DNA from: Mobula hypostoma
Lineage: Eukaryota
Direction of reading: 5' to 3'
Length of the DNA stretch: 64,000 nucleotides
Assembly: GCF_963921235.1 (NCBI RefSeq)
Contig: NC_086103.1
Coordinates: forward strand, 97,030,001 to 97,094,000
Shown here piece by piece: positions 13,853-24,842 of the stretch. Within the stretch, counting starts at the first letter, position 1; each line of letters starts with the position of its first letter. Made by a program: the position numbers and the translations under genes. The notes under the pieces were generated by a model that was not told the origin of the DNA, made no database searches, and saw only the letters and a list, made by a program, of their open reading frames with translations.

Positions 13853-15112
13853 GCCATAGAAAACTACTGCATACGAGCATGTCCCTTGACCCATCCAGTC
13901 CCTGCTAAACCATTTAAACTGCCTAAATCCAGAAACCCGCACCTAGACCACAGCCCTCCCATCCATGTTCCTATCCAAACTTCTCTCAAATGTTGAAATC
14001 TGAATCACATCAACCACTTGCACTGGCAGCACATTCCACACTCTCACCACCATCTTGGTGAACAAGTTTCTCTTCATGTTCCCATTTCATCTTAACCCAT
14101 GACCTCTAGTTGTAGCCCTACCCAACCTCAGTGGAAAAAGCTTGTTTACATTTACTCTATCTATACCCCTCATAATTTTATATATCTCTATCAAATCATC
14201 CCTCAATCATTTATGTTCTAGGGAATAAAGTTTTAATTTATTCAGTCTTTCCTTATAACTCAGGCCCTCCAGTCCTGGCAATGTCCTTGTAAATATTCAC
14301 TGTTTTCTTTCACCTTATTTTCATCTTTTATGTTGATAGATGACCAAAACTGTACACAGTACTCCAAATTAGGCCTTTAACATAACATCCCAACTCTTTT
14401 ACTCAGTACCTTGATCTATGAAGACCAATGTGCCAAAAGCTTTTTTAATTACCTTATCCACCTGTGACACAGTTTTCAATAAATTATGGACCTGTATTCA
14501 CAGATCCCTTTGTTCTATCGTACTCCTCAGTGCCCTACCACTTATTGCAGAAAACCTACCCTGGCTGGTCCTCCCTAACTGCAACATCTCACACTTGTCT
14601 GCAATAAATTCCATCTGCTATTTTTCAGCCCAATTTTCCAGCTGGTTCAGATCCTGCTGTCCACTACACCCCCAATCTTGGTATCATTTGCAAAGTTGCT
14701 GATCCAATTAATCACATTTTCATCCAGATCATTGATACAGATGATAAACAACAATGGACCCAGCACCGATCCCTGCGGCTCTCCACTAGTCACAGGCCTC
14801 CAGTAAGAGAGGCAACCATCTGCTACCACTCTCTGGCTTCTCCTGAAAAGGCAAGGTCTAAATCAATTTATCACCTCATCTTGAATGCCGAGCAATTGAC
14901 CCTTCTTGATCAACCTCCCATGCGGCCATGCAGATATTATCCACTGCCTTGCCTTCAATCAATTTGCCTAGTGACATCCTTAAAAAATGTATAAGATTAG
15001 TCAGACATGATCTACTACAACCAAAGCCATGCTGACTATCCCTCATCAGTGCCTGTCTTTCCAAATGCTCATATCTGGTCTCTTAGGATACCTTCCGATA
15101 ATTTTCCCACTC
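13853..15112 (-). mobile_element. Degenerate CR1-type LINE, 3' part (RT remnant and 3' end)
   Basis: Minus-strand ORF remnants WRPVTSGEPQGSVLGPLLFIICINDLD...FANDTKIGG (14647-14829) and SQHGF..SRSCLTNLI (14876-15064). Confidence 0.85.
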
Positions 15113-15117
15113 TACTG

Positions 15118-15455
15118 TCCTGGGTGGTGAGGGGTCATTATGATGAATGTCGCATTCTTGAGGCATCAGCTTTTGAAGATGTCTTTGATTATGAGAGGCT
15201 TGTGGCTGTAATGCAGCTGTCTGAATTGACAACCTCTACAGTCGGTTTTGATCCTGTGCATTGGAGCCTCCAAACCAGGCAGTGATGCAGCCAGTCAGAA
15301 TGCTCTCCATGGTACTTCGGAAGAAATATGTTAGTCTTTAGTGATATACTAAATCTACTCAGACTTCTAATGAATTACAGACATTGTTGTGCCTTCTTTG
15401 TGATTGCATCAATATGTTGGGCCCATAATGACCCTCGAAGATGTTGTTGCCCAGG
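15118..15455 (-). mobile_element. Degenerate LINE fragment, Rex1/Babar-like
   Basis: Resembles the reverse complement of the RT 3' regions at 41.9-42.1 kb and 44.1-44.5 kb. No intact ORF. Confidence 0.4.
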
Positions 15456-15459
15456 ATGC

Positions 15460-17212
15460 CAAATACAAGGAACACTGGATTGTCAAGGTATGCTAAATGT
15501 TGGATAAAGAGGAAAAACAAAGCAAATATCATGTACAGAGAACTAAGGACCAGGGATGCCTATCAGGAGTATAAAAATGTAGGGATACACATAAAAAAGG
15601 AAATTAGGAAGACCAAGAGGTGTCATGAAATGTGACTGGCAGGCAGAATTACCACAAACCCAAAGGCATTTTGGAAGCACAGTGAGAGCAAAGGAATGAT
15701 CAAGGAAGAATAAGACCCATAAAAAAGGACAATGAAAATTAGTGTGTGTAGCCAGAAGGCATTGGTGAGGTCCTAAATGAATGCATTTCATTGGCACTCA
15801 TAAATGAAAATGACTTTGTAATTGGGTAACTCATGAAGGGAAAACCACTTAAATCTCCATCAATAAAGAAGAGGTACTTGATGCTTTTGCAAGTTTAAAG
15901 GTAGATTTCACTTATTCTCGGCCTCTGTGGGAGAAAATGGAAGAGATTGCTGGGGTTCTTGCGGAGATTGTTACACCCTCACTGACCACAAGTGAGGTTG
16001 CAGATAACTGGAGGGTAAATTCTAAGGGACAGGATTAATGACCAATTAGAAAGGCAGGGTTAATCAGACATAGCCAACATGGTTTTGTCAAGAGCATTTG
16101 AACAATTTGATTTAATTTGTTGAGGAGGTAATAGAATGTGCTAACGAGAGTGGTGCTGTGGATGTGGTTAAGTGGACTGCAGTAAGGCTTTTGACAAGAT
16201 CCACAGAGAAACTGGTCCAAACATTAGAATTCACAAGATCCAGAGCAATTTGGCAAATTGGATCCAAAACAGACAGAAAACAATGGCAGGGAGTTGTGAT
16301 TGGATACCTGCGCCTACTGACATTCCACGGGATTGATGCAGGGGCACTTATTGATGAAATATGCATCAGTAATTTGGAGGTGGATATGAGTGACCTGATC
16401 AATAAGTTCATAGTTGACACTGAGATTGATGTAGCTGTTGACAACGTGGAAGGTAGTGGGGCTACAGAGTGTTATCAATGTTTTGGTGAAATGGGCTGAG
16501 AAAATTTAAATCCGGATAAGTGTGAGAAGATACATTTTGGGAATACTAATGATTATTGGGAATATTGAAGGAAAGTGAGACTTTGTGGTGCAAGATCATA
16601 GATCCCGAAAAGTGGTAATGCAAGTACATAATGTGATTCAGAAGGAGGCCTTCATTACATCTCTGAGTGCAGAAGGTTATGTTCTAACTTTACATAACTT
16701 TGGTCAGCACTCGGCTGGAGTAATGAATGCTGTTTTGGTCATCACATGATCGGAAGTTATGATAGCACTGGAGAAAGTCCAGAGGAAATCCACTCGGATG
16801 TTGTCTAGGATGTTGTCTTAGTTACATTATAAGGAGAGACTGGAGAAACTAGGTCTCTCCTCCCTGGAGCAAAGGAATTTAAGGGGAAACATGATTGGAC
16901 GATATAAAACTGTAAGGAGAATACATAGAGTAGCCTGGAGGAAGTCTTTCCACTGATCAGAGGTGAATAAAGCTAGAAGTTTAGGGGAAGGGTAAAGAAA
17001 TTTCGAGGGGAGTTGAGGGGTCCTTTTTCACCCAGAGTGTGTACCTGGAATGCACTGCCAGAGAAAATAGCAGAAGCAGGCTCACTTACAGCCTTTAGGA
17101 AGTATCTAGAAAAGCTTATGAATTGTCATGGCATTGAAGGCCATTGAGCAAGTGCTTGAGAAAAGCTACCCTCTAATTCATGGCCATACGGTGTGTTTCG
17201 ATTCTGTATGAC
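15460..17212 (+). mobile_element. Highly degenerate CR1 LINE (ORF2 remnant to 3' end)
   Basis: Frameshifted CR1 ORF2 landmarks in the correct order: AGCCAACATGGTTTTG (SQHGF), AAGGCTTTTGACAAG (KAFDK), CTTTTTCACCCAGAG and TGGAATGCACTGCC. Confidence 0.75.
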
Positions 17213-17572
17213 CATTACATTCAGGTCTCAGCTGTTAAGCAATAAGTCACACTTTCACTGCTAAGGCAAAAGGGTTAAAGAGTTCTATCCTTTTACTTCA
17301 ATGTATTAATATGATGAAATGATCTCTATATATGGTAGCAACACAAATTCTTTCACTATACTTTGGTACATGTGACAATAATAAACTAGTCTGCCAATCT
17401 GCAATTGCTATCTCCATCGGTAAAGAGACTAAATATCCATCCATGACATTCAATTCCACGCCATTAGTATCTTTTGACTGGATATTGACCAGAAACTCAA
17501 AATGGACCATCCACAAAATGTAAGAGTAGGACTGAGGCTGGGTATCCTGTGGCAAGTTATTTATCTCCTGAC

Positions 17573-20228
17573 ATTGGGCCCTTGAAGACAGAAGCGGGTG
17601 AATTTATTATGGGAAACAAGGAAATGACAGACGAGTTGAACAGGTACTTTGGATCTGTCTTCACTAGGGAAGACACAAACAATCTCCCAGATGTAATAGT
17701 AACCAAAAGACCTAGGGTAATGGATGAATTGAAGGAAATTTATATTAGGCAGGAAATGGTGTTGGATAGGCTGTTGGGTCTGAAGGCTGATAAGTCCCCG
17801 GGCCCTGATGGTCTGCATCCCAGGGTACTGAAGGAGGTGGCTTTAGAAATCGTGGACACATTGGTAATCATTTTCCAATGTTCTATAGATTCAGGATCAG
17901 TTCCTGTGGATTGGAGGGTGGCTAATGTTGTCCCTCTCTTCAAGAAGGGAGGAAGAGAGAAAACAGGGAATTATAGACCAGTTAGCCTGACGTCGGTGGT
18001 GGGAAAGATGCTGGAGTCAATTATAAAAGATGAAATTACGACACATCTGGATAGCAGTAACAGGATTGGTCTGAGTCAGCATGGATTTACGAAGGGGAAA
18101 TCGTGCTTGACTAATCTTCTGGAATTTTTTGAGGTTGTAACTATGAAAATGGACAAGGGAGAGCCAGTGGATGTAGTGTACCTGGACTTTCAGAAGGCCT
18201 TTGATAAAGTCCCATATAGGAGATTAGTGGGCAAAATTAGGGCACATGGTATTGGGGGCAGAGTACTGACATGGATTGAAAATTGGCTGGCTGACAGAAA
18301 ACAAAGAGTAGCGATTAACGGGTCCCTTTTGGAATGGCAGGCGGTGACCAGTGGGATACCGGGGGGTTCAGTGCTGGGACTGCAGCTGTTTACAATATAT
18401 ATTAATGATTTAGATGAGGGAATTGAAAGCAACATTAGCAAATTTGCTGATGACACGAAGCTGGGAGGCAGTGTGAAATGTGAGGAGGATGTTATGAGAA
18501 TGCAGTGTGACTTAGACAGGCTGGGTGAGTGGGCAGATGCATGGCATATGCAGTTTAATGTAGATAAGTGTGAGGTTATCCACTTTGGTGGTAAGAATGG
18601 GAAGGCAGATTATTATCTAAATGGAGTCAAGTTAGGAAAAGGGGAAGCACAATGAGATCTAGGTATTCTTGTACATCAGTCACTGAAGCAAGTATGTAAA
18701 TACAGCAGGCTGTGAAGAAAGCTAATGGCATGCTGGCCTTCATAACAAGGGGAATTGAGTATAAGAGCAAAGAGGTCCTTCTGCAGCCTGTTACGTACCC
18801 CGTAACTGGGTTGCCAAACTAGCAGAAATGGACCACTTAGTTGGAGTCTGGATTACTGGAACTAAGAAAGTTTTATTAAAGAAATAAGCAACACAGTACT
18901 CTAAACAAAAGGATAATAAATGCAACAGTTCAGCAATGATAAACACACATGTACACAGAACTAGGATAATAGGATCAATCAAGCTCTATCACCGTCTAGG
19001 GGTAAATGACCAGTTTCAAGTGACGCAAAGTTCAGTTCAATTGAGTTCAGTTCAGTTCACAGTAATCACTGTTGTGCCGTTGGGGGCGGTTGGGGGGAGA
19101 GAGAGAACGAATGAATATTCAAATCGGATTCCAAACAGACCTTCGATATTCCTCGCAGTCAGCTTTCGGGCGAGCCCTTTGTAATGTCTTCTGAGGTCAC
19201 CGAATGTGACCCCTCCGTTCCAGATACGATCGTTCTTCTGCGGTGAACCCGGTAGCCAGGCAAGGGTGGACACACACACCAGGTTCCCGCCGATCCGTAC
19301 CTTTCTACCCTGTGCGTCTATGGCTGGTCCCGCGACCAGCCCTCCAAAACTCCCACCAACTGGTGGGGGGGGGGGCACACCACTTTCAGCGTCTCGTTAT
19401 CTCATGGAGTCGTGTGTCTGTTGCCTTAGCGACCCTATCCCTTTTTATCCTCCTGCTGGGGTATCTCCTGTCCATCAAACTTCAAACAGTTCAGGGTTCA
19501 AAGCCCCGGTCTCTGACAATACTCGGAACTGTGTCTCCTTTCCGTTAATCCCTCTCGTCTCTCATTAACATCTCTTGAAGGTTCCCCCATTGTCCTCCTA
19601 TCGGCATCAATCTTCTGATAACTGGTTCTTTTGTCACAAGCTGTACAGGGCCCTGGTGAGACTACACCTGGAGTACTGTGTGCAGTTTTGGTCTCCAAAT
19701 TTGAGGAAGGACATTCTTGCTATTGAGGGAGTGCAGCGTAGGTTCACAAGGTTAATTCCTGGGATGGAGGGACTGTCATATGTCGAAAGATTGGAGTGAC
19801 TGGGCTTGTATACACTGGAATTTAGAAGGCTGAGAGGGGATCTTATTGAAACATATAAGATTATTAAGGGATTGGACACGCTGCAGGCAGGAAGCATGTT
19901 CCCCCTGATAGGTGAGTCCAGAACCAGAGGCCACAGTTTAAGAATTAGGGGTAGGCCATTCAGAACAGAGTTGAGGAAAAACTTTTTCACCCAGAGAGTG
20001 GTGGATATATGGAATGCTCTGCCCCAGAAGGCTGTGGATGCCAAGTCTCTGGATGCTTTCAAAAAAGAGATGGATAGAGCTCTTAAAGATAGTGGAATCA
20101 AAGTTTATGGGGATAAGGCAGGAACTGGATACTGATAGCGGATGATCAGCCAGGATCACAGTGAATGGCGGTGCTGGCTCGAAGGGCTGAATGGCCTACT
20201 ATTGCACCTATTGTCTATTGTCTATTGA
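17573..20228 (+). mobile_element. Relatively young 5'-truncated CR1 LINE (ORF2 reverse transcriptase), interrupted by a solo LTR
   Basis: ORF 17549-18655 has KSPGPDGLHP, NYRPVSL, SQHGF, YLDFQKAFDKVP and KFADDTKL. Coding resumes after 19639 (LYRALVRLHLEYCVQFWSP; FFTQRVVDIWNALP). Ends in a (CTATTGT)n tail at ~20207-20228. Confidence 0.95.
18789..19638 (-). mobile_element. Solo LTR, 850 bp, probably Gypsy/Ty3-type
   Basis: Minus-strand termini TGTGAC...GTAACA. Flanked by AGCC / AGCT, an imperfect 4-bp TSD. Removing it restores the CR1 sequence CTGCAGCTGTACAGGGCC. Minus-strand AATAAA lies ~85 bp from the 3' end. Confidence 0.8.
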
Positions 20229-21417
20229 TCCATCTCCTCTCCACCATCTACAAGGCACAAACAATGAGGCTTGTTCTCTCCACTTGCTTGAATGAATACA
20301 GCACCAAGGCTCTTGAGAAGCTCTACATCATCCAGGACAAAGCTCCTCATCAATCAACATTCATTCCCTTCATCAGTAGCATACAATAACTGCAGCCCGT
20401 CACCAGTTAATTGCCCACACTAGTCCAACAACACTCCCGGAATCTGCTACATCCACTGCCAAGAAAGAGATTGGCAGCACTGGACAGGAATACAGCTCAC
20501 GTTCAGATTTCTGCTCAAACTGCACAATAGCCTGTCATGAAAATATCAGCTTCACCACCTTGGGAGCAATTTCACCAAATAGTCTGCAGTGACTCAAGAA
20601 GCACCATCACTTTCTCAAAGGCACTTAGGGACTAGCAATAAACACTGGACTTACTAGTGATACCCAAATCCTGAAAATGAAATAGAATAAAATGAGGCCA
20701 TCATTCAAGTTTTATCCAAGTCTTTGAATCTGTTAAACCAGTTTAGTAACACAAAGGGAATTAAACCATTCATTCTTTCCAGGTGTTTGGAAACCTTTCA
20801 AGGCTTGATGGACAGTGCCTTAAAAAAGTATTCAGACCCCACAACTATTTTCACATTTTATAAGTTTAGAATATATTGAAGTAGGATTTTTTGAGATAAT
20901 CTACAAAACATTGTGCATGTCAAATCAAAAGAAAAATTCCAAAACCTGTCAACAATTTACTAAAAATTAAAAACCAGAATTGTGAGGCTGAAAAAGTATT
21001 TATGCCCTATGTAGTTACAATGGTAACTTTCCTCAGGTGCAATATTACTTTGCTAACTCACCCAATTTGTTGATATAGAAGCAACACACACAAAATGCTG
21101 GTGAAACACAGCAGGCCAGGCAGCATCTCTAAGAAGAAGTACAGTCGACTTTTCGGGCCAAGACACTTCTCAGGACTAACTGAAAGAAGAGATAGTAAGA
21201 GATTTGAAAGCGGGAGGGGGAGGGGGAGATTCAAAATGATAGGAGAAGACAGGAGGGGGAGGGATGAGGCTAAGAGCTGGAAAGTTTTTTGGCAAAAGGG
21301 ATACAGAGTTGGAGAAGGGGGAGGATCATGGGACAGGAGGCCTAGGGAGAAGGGGGGAGGGGAGCCCAGAGGAAGATGGAGAGCAGGAAAGGAGTGATTG
21401 TGAGAGGGACAGAGAGA

Positions 21418-21558
21418 NNNNNNNNNNNNNNNNNNNNNNNNNNNNNNNNNNNNNNNNNNNNNNNNNNNNNNNNNNNNNNNNNNNNNNNNNNNNNNNNNNN
21501 NNNNNNNNNNNNNNNNNNNNNNNNNNNNNNNNNNNNNNNNNNNNNNNNNNNNNNNNNN
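21418..21558. other. Assembly gap (141 N)
   Basis: Run of N inside the low-complexity 3' UTR of the left PLE arm. Confidence 0.99.
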
Positions 21559-23835
21559 GGGTAAGAAGGGGAGGAGGGGCCTTAATGGAAGTTAAAGAAA
21601 TCAATGTTCATGCCATCAGGTTGGAGGCTACCCAGAAGGAATATAAGGTGTTGTTCCTCCAACCTGAGTGTGGCTTCATCTGGACAGTAGAGGAGGCCGT
21701 GGATAGACATATCAGAATGGGAATGGGACGTGGAATTAAAATGTGTAGCCACTGGAAGATCCTGCTTTCTCTGGCGGACAGAGCGTAGGTGTTCAGCGAA
21801 ACAGTCTCCCAGTCTGCGTTGGGTCTCACTAATATATAGAAGGCCACAATGGGAGCACCGGATGCAGTATATCACCCCAGCCTACTCACAGGTGAAGTGT
21901 CGTCTCTCACTTGGAAGGACTGTCTGGTGACCTGAATGGTGGTAAGGGAGGAAGGGTAAAGGCATGTGTAGCACTTGTTCCGCTTACAAGGATAAGTGTC
22001 GGGAGGGAGATCAGTGGGGAGTGATGGGGGAGACGAATGGATAAGGGAGTTGTGTAGGGAGCGATCCCTGCGGAAAACAGAAGTGGGGGGGAGGGAAGAT
22101 GAGCTTGGTGGTGGGATCCTGTTGGAGGCGGCGGAAGTTACGGATAATAATATGTTGGACCCGGAGGCTGGTGGGGTGATAGGTGAGGGCAAAGGGAACC
22201 CTGTCACTAGTGGGGTGGCGGGAGGATGGGGTGAGAGCAGATGTGCGTGAAATGGGATGGATGCGTTTGAGAGCAGAATTGATGGTGGAGGAAGGGAAGC
22301 CCCTTTCTTTAAAAAAGGAAGACATCTCCTTCGTCCTGGAAAGAAAAGCCTCATCCTGAGAGCAGTTGCGGTGGAGACGGAGGAATTGCGAGAAGGGGAT
22401 GGCATTCTTGCAAGAGACAGGGTGAGAAGAGGAATAGTCTAGGTAGCTGTGAGAGTCCGTAGGCTTATAGTAGACATCAGTAGATAAGCTGTCTCCAGAG
22501 ATAGAGACAGAAAGATCAAGAAAGGGGAGGGAGATGTCGGAAATTGACCAGGTAAATTTGAGGGCAGGTTGAAAGTTGGAAGCAAAGTTAATGAAGTCAA
22601 CGAGCTCAGCATGCATGCAGGGAGCAGTGCCAATGCAGTCGTTGATGTAGTGAAGGAAAAGTCGGGGACGGACACCAGTATAGGCCTCAAACATGGACTG
22701 TTCCACAAAGCCAACAAAAAGGCACGCATAACTGGGACCCATACTGGTGCCCATGACTACACCTTTAGTTTGGAGGAAGTGGGAGGAGCCAAAGGGAACA
22801 TTATTAAGTGTAAGGACTAATTCCGCTAGATGGAGGCGAGTGGTGGTAGAGGGGAACTGTTTTTTTAAAGAAAGGGGCTTCCCTTCCTTCACCATCAACT
22901 CTGCTTTCAAATGCATCTCTCCCATTTCACGCACATCTGCTGTCACCCCATCCTCCCGCCACCCCACTAGGGATAGGGTTGCCCTGGTCCTCACTTTCCA
23001 CCCCACCAGCCTTTGGGTCCAATGTATAATTCTCCGTAACTTGCGCCACCTCCAATGGGATCTCACCACCAAGCACCTTTCCCTCCCCACCTTTCCACTT
23101 TCCACAGGGATCGCTCCCTACATGACTCCCTTTTCCATTTGATGCCCCCCCCCATTCCTTCCCACTGATCTCCCTCCCAGCACTTATCCTTGTAAGCGGA
23201 ACAAGTGCTACACCTGCCCTTACACTTCCTCCCTCACCACCATTCAGGGCCCCAGGCAGTCTATCCAGGTGAGGCGACACTTCACCTGTGAGTCGGCTGG
23301 TGTGATATACTGCATCTGGTGCTCCCGGTGTGGCCTTTTATATATTGGTGAAACTCAACACAGACTGGGAGACCGTTTCGCTGAACACCTACGCTCTATC
23401 TGCCAGAGAAAGCAGGATCTGCCAGTGGCCACACATTTTAATTCCACGTCCCATTCCCATTCTGATATGTCTATCCACGGCCTTCTCTACTGTCAAGATG
23501 AGGCCACGCTCAGGTTGGAGGAACAACACCTCACATTCCATCTGGGTAGCCTCCAACCTGATGGCATGAGCATTGATTTCTCTAACTTCCGTTAATACTC
23601 CTCCTCCCGTTTTTACCCCAGCCTCTATCTATCTATCTAACTATCTATTTATTTATCCCTTTCTTTCTCCCTAGGCCTCCTGTCCCATGATCCTCCCCCT
23701 TCTCCAGCTCTGTATCCCTTTTGCCAATCTTTCCAGCTCTTAGCTTCATTCCTCCCCCTCCTGTCTTCTCCTATCATTTTGGATTTCCCCCTCCTCCTCC
23801 CACTTTCAAATCTCTTACTATCCCTTTTCTCAGTT

Positions 23836-23871
23836 AGTCCTGACGAAGGGTCTCGGCCCGAAACATCGACT
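23836..23871 (+). ncRNA. Minimal type I hammerhead ribozyme motif in the PLE 3' UTR
   Basis: AGTC-CTGACGA-AGGGTCTCGGCCC-GAAA-C-ATC-GACT. It has the CUGANGA and GAAA cores, a stem II hairpin, an NUH triplet and AGUC/GACU stem I. Confidence 0.7.
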
Positions 23872-24608
23872 GTACTTCTTCCTATAGATGCTGCCTGGCC
23901 TGCTGCGTTCCACCAGCATTTTGTGTGTGTTGCTTGAATTTCTAGCATCTGCAGATTTCCTCGTGTTTGTTGATGTAGAAAATTAGATTATCTGTTTTCA
24001 ATGTATTTATAAGAATAAATATCCTCTCTCTAGGTAAGGTCGAACAGTATGGTGGATTTTCAACAGACCATACTAAAATGAAGACTAAAGAGCATTCAAG
24101 ACAAATCAGGGGAATTCTAACAGAGAAACATAATCTGGCTAAGGGTACAAGACCATCGAAAAGGCACTGACCATACCTCAGAGCTCAGTGCAGTCGTGAA
24201 AAGTGGAAAAAAAATATGAAACCACAGCCTATGTCAGTCCACCCCTCTACACCTAGTTGCCAGAGCAGAATGTCTCTTGTAAACGAGGCCACTGTGACAC
24301 CAACAGTCACTCTGAGTGAGCTGCAGAAATCACTGGCTGCAACTGGAGATAAAATTCATGGCAAAGTGTAACTTAGAAGATATAGTAAAGATGTGGAAGA
24401 AGGTCTTGTAGTCAGGTGAAACTAGATTAGATTTTGGCCTCAACACATGCAGCGGAAATCTAATACTGCATATCAGCCAGGTAACACCAGCCTTACTGTA
24501 AAGTACGATGGAGGTATCATACTATGGATATGCTTTTCAGCAGCAGGATTTAACTGGAAATCTGTTCAGGATAGATGGGAAGATGAATGCTACTCAGTAT
24601 AGAGAGTG

Positions 24609-24842
24609 ACACACACAAAAAGTGCTGGTGAACGCAGCAGGGCAGGCAGCATCCATAGGAAGAGGTATAGTCGACATTTCAGGCCAAGACCCTTCGTAGT
24701 CCTGACGAAAGGTCTCAGCCCGAAACATCGACTGTACCTCTTCCTGTAGATGCTGCCTGGCCTGCTGCGTTCACCAGCAACTTTGTGTGTGTTGCTTGAA
24801 CTTCCAACATCTGCAGATTTCCTCGTGTTTGCGTTTTTAAAA
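24609..24842. mobile_element. Miniature palindromic PLE-derived insertion with a hammerhead motif (24698-24733, +)
   Basis: Two inverted copies of the PLE 3' end meet at ~24697. The 11-bp TSD TATAGAGAGTG sits at 24598-24608 and 24843-24853. Contains AGTC-CTGACGA-AAGGTCTCAGCCC-GAAAC-ATC-GACT. Confidence 0.85.

Larger units (their letters stand above)
17420..20690 (+). mobile_element. Old LINE 3' fragment (L2/CR1 group) split into 17420-17572 and 20229-20690 by a younger CR1
   Basis: The left piece ends ...GGCTGGGTATCCTGTGGCAAGTTATTTATCTCCTGAC and resumes after the CR1 tail as TCCATCTCCTCTCCACCATCTACAAGGCAC. Its 3' end resembles the copy at 53612-53815. Confidence 0.55.
21081..23965. mobile_element. 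Penelope-like retroelement (RT + GIY-YIG) in inverted two-arm configuration
   Basis: Left arm (-): RT motifs (QTKGVVMGTSMGPSYACLF, YINDC) and a GIY-YIG remnant (IYCIRC..CGLLYISET). Right arm (+, from ~22861): RT C-terminus and GIY-YIG (VIYCIWCSRCGLLYIGET). The 15-bp TSD TTTGTTGAT[A/G]TAGAA sits at 21066-21080 and 23966-23980. Confidence 0.92.

Noticed and set aside
130-13942. Dozens of His/Tyr/Ile-rich minus-strand ORFs as a repetitive protein gene
   Set aside because: They are the 25-bp unit read in rotating frames, overlap in all three frames, and are broken at random by variant monomers.
19052-19568. GC/Pro-rich ORFs on both strands
   Set aside because: They lie inside the solo LTR and show no recognisable domain.
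22011-23105. 364-aa ORF as an intact PLE protein
   Set aside because: It is chimeric across the inversion junction at ~22860 (the first ~80 aa are antisense of the right arm), and the RT motif reads YIND rather than YIDD.
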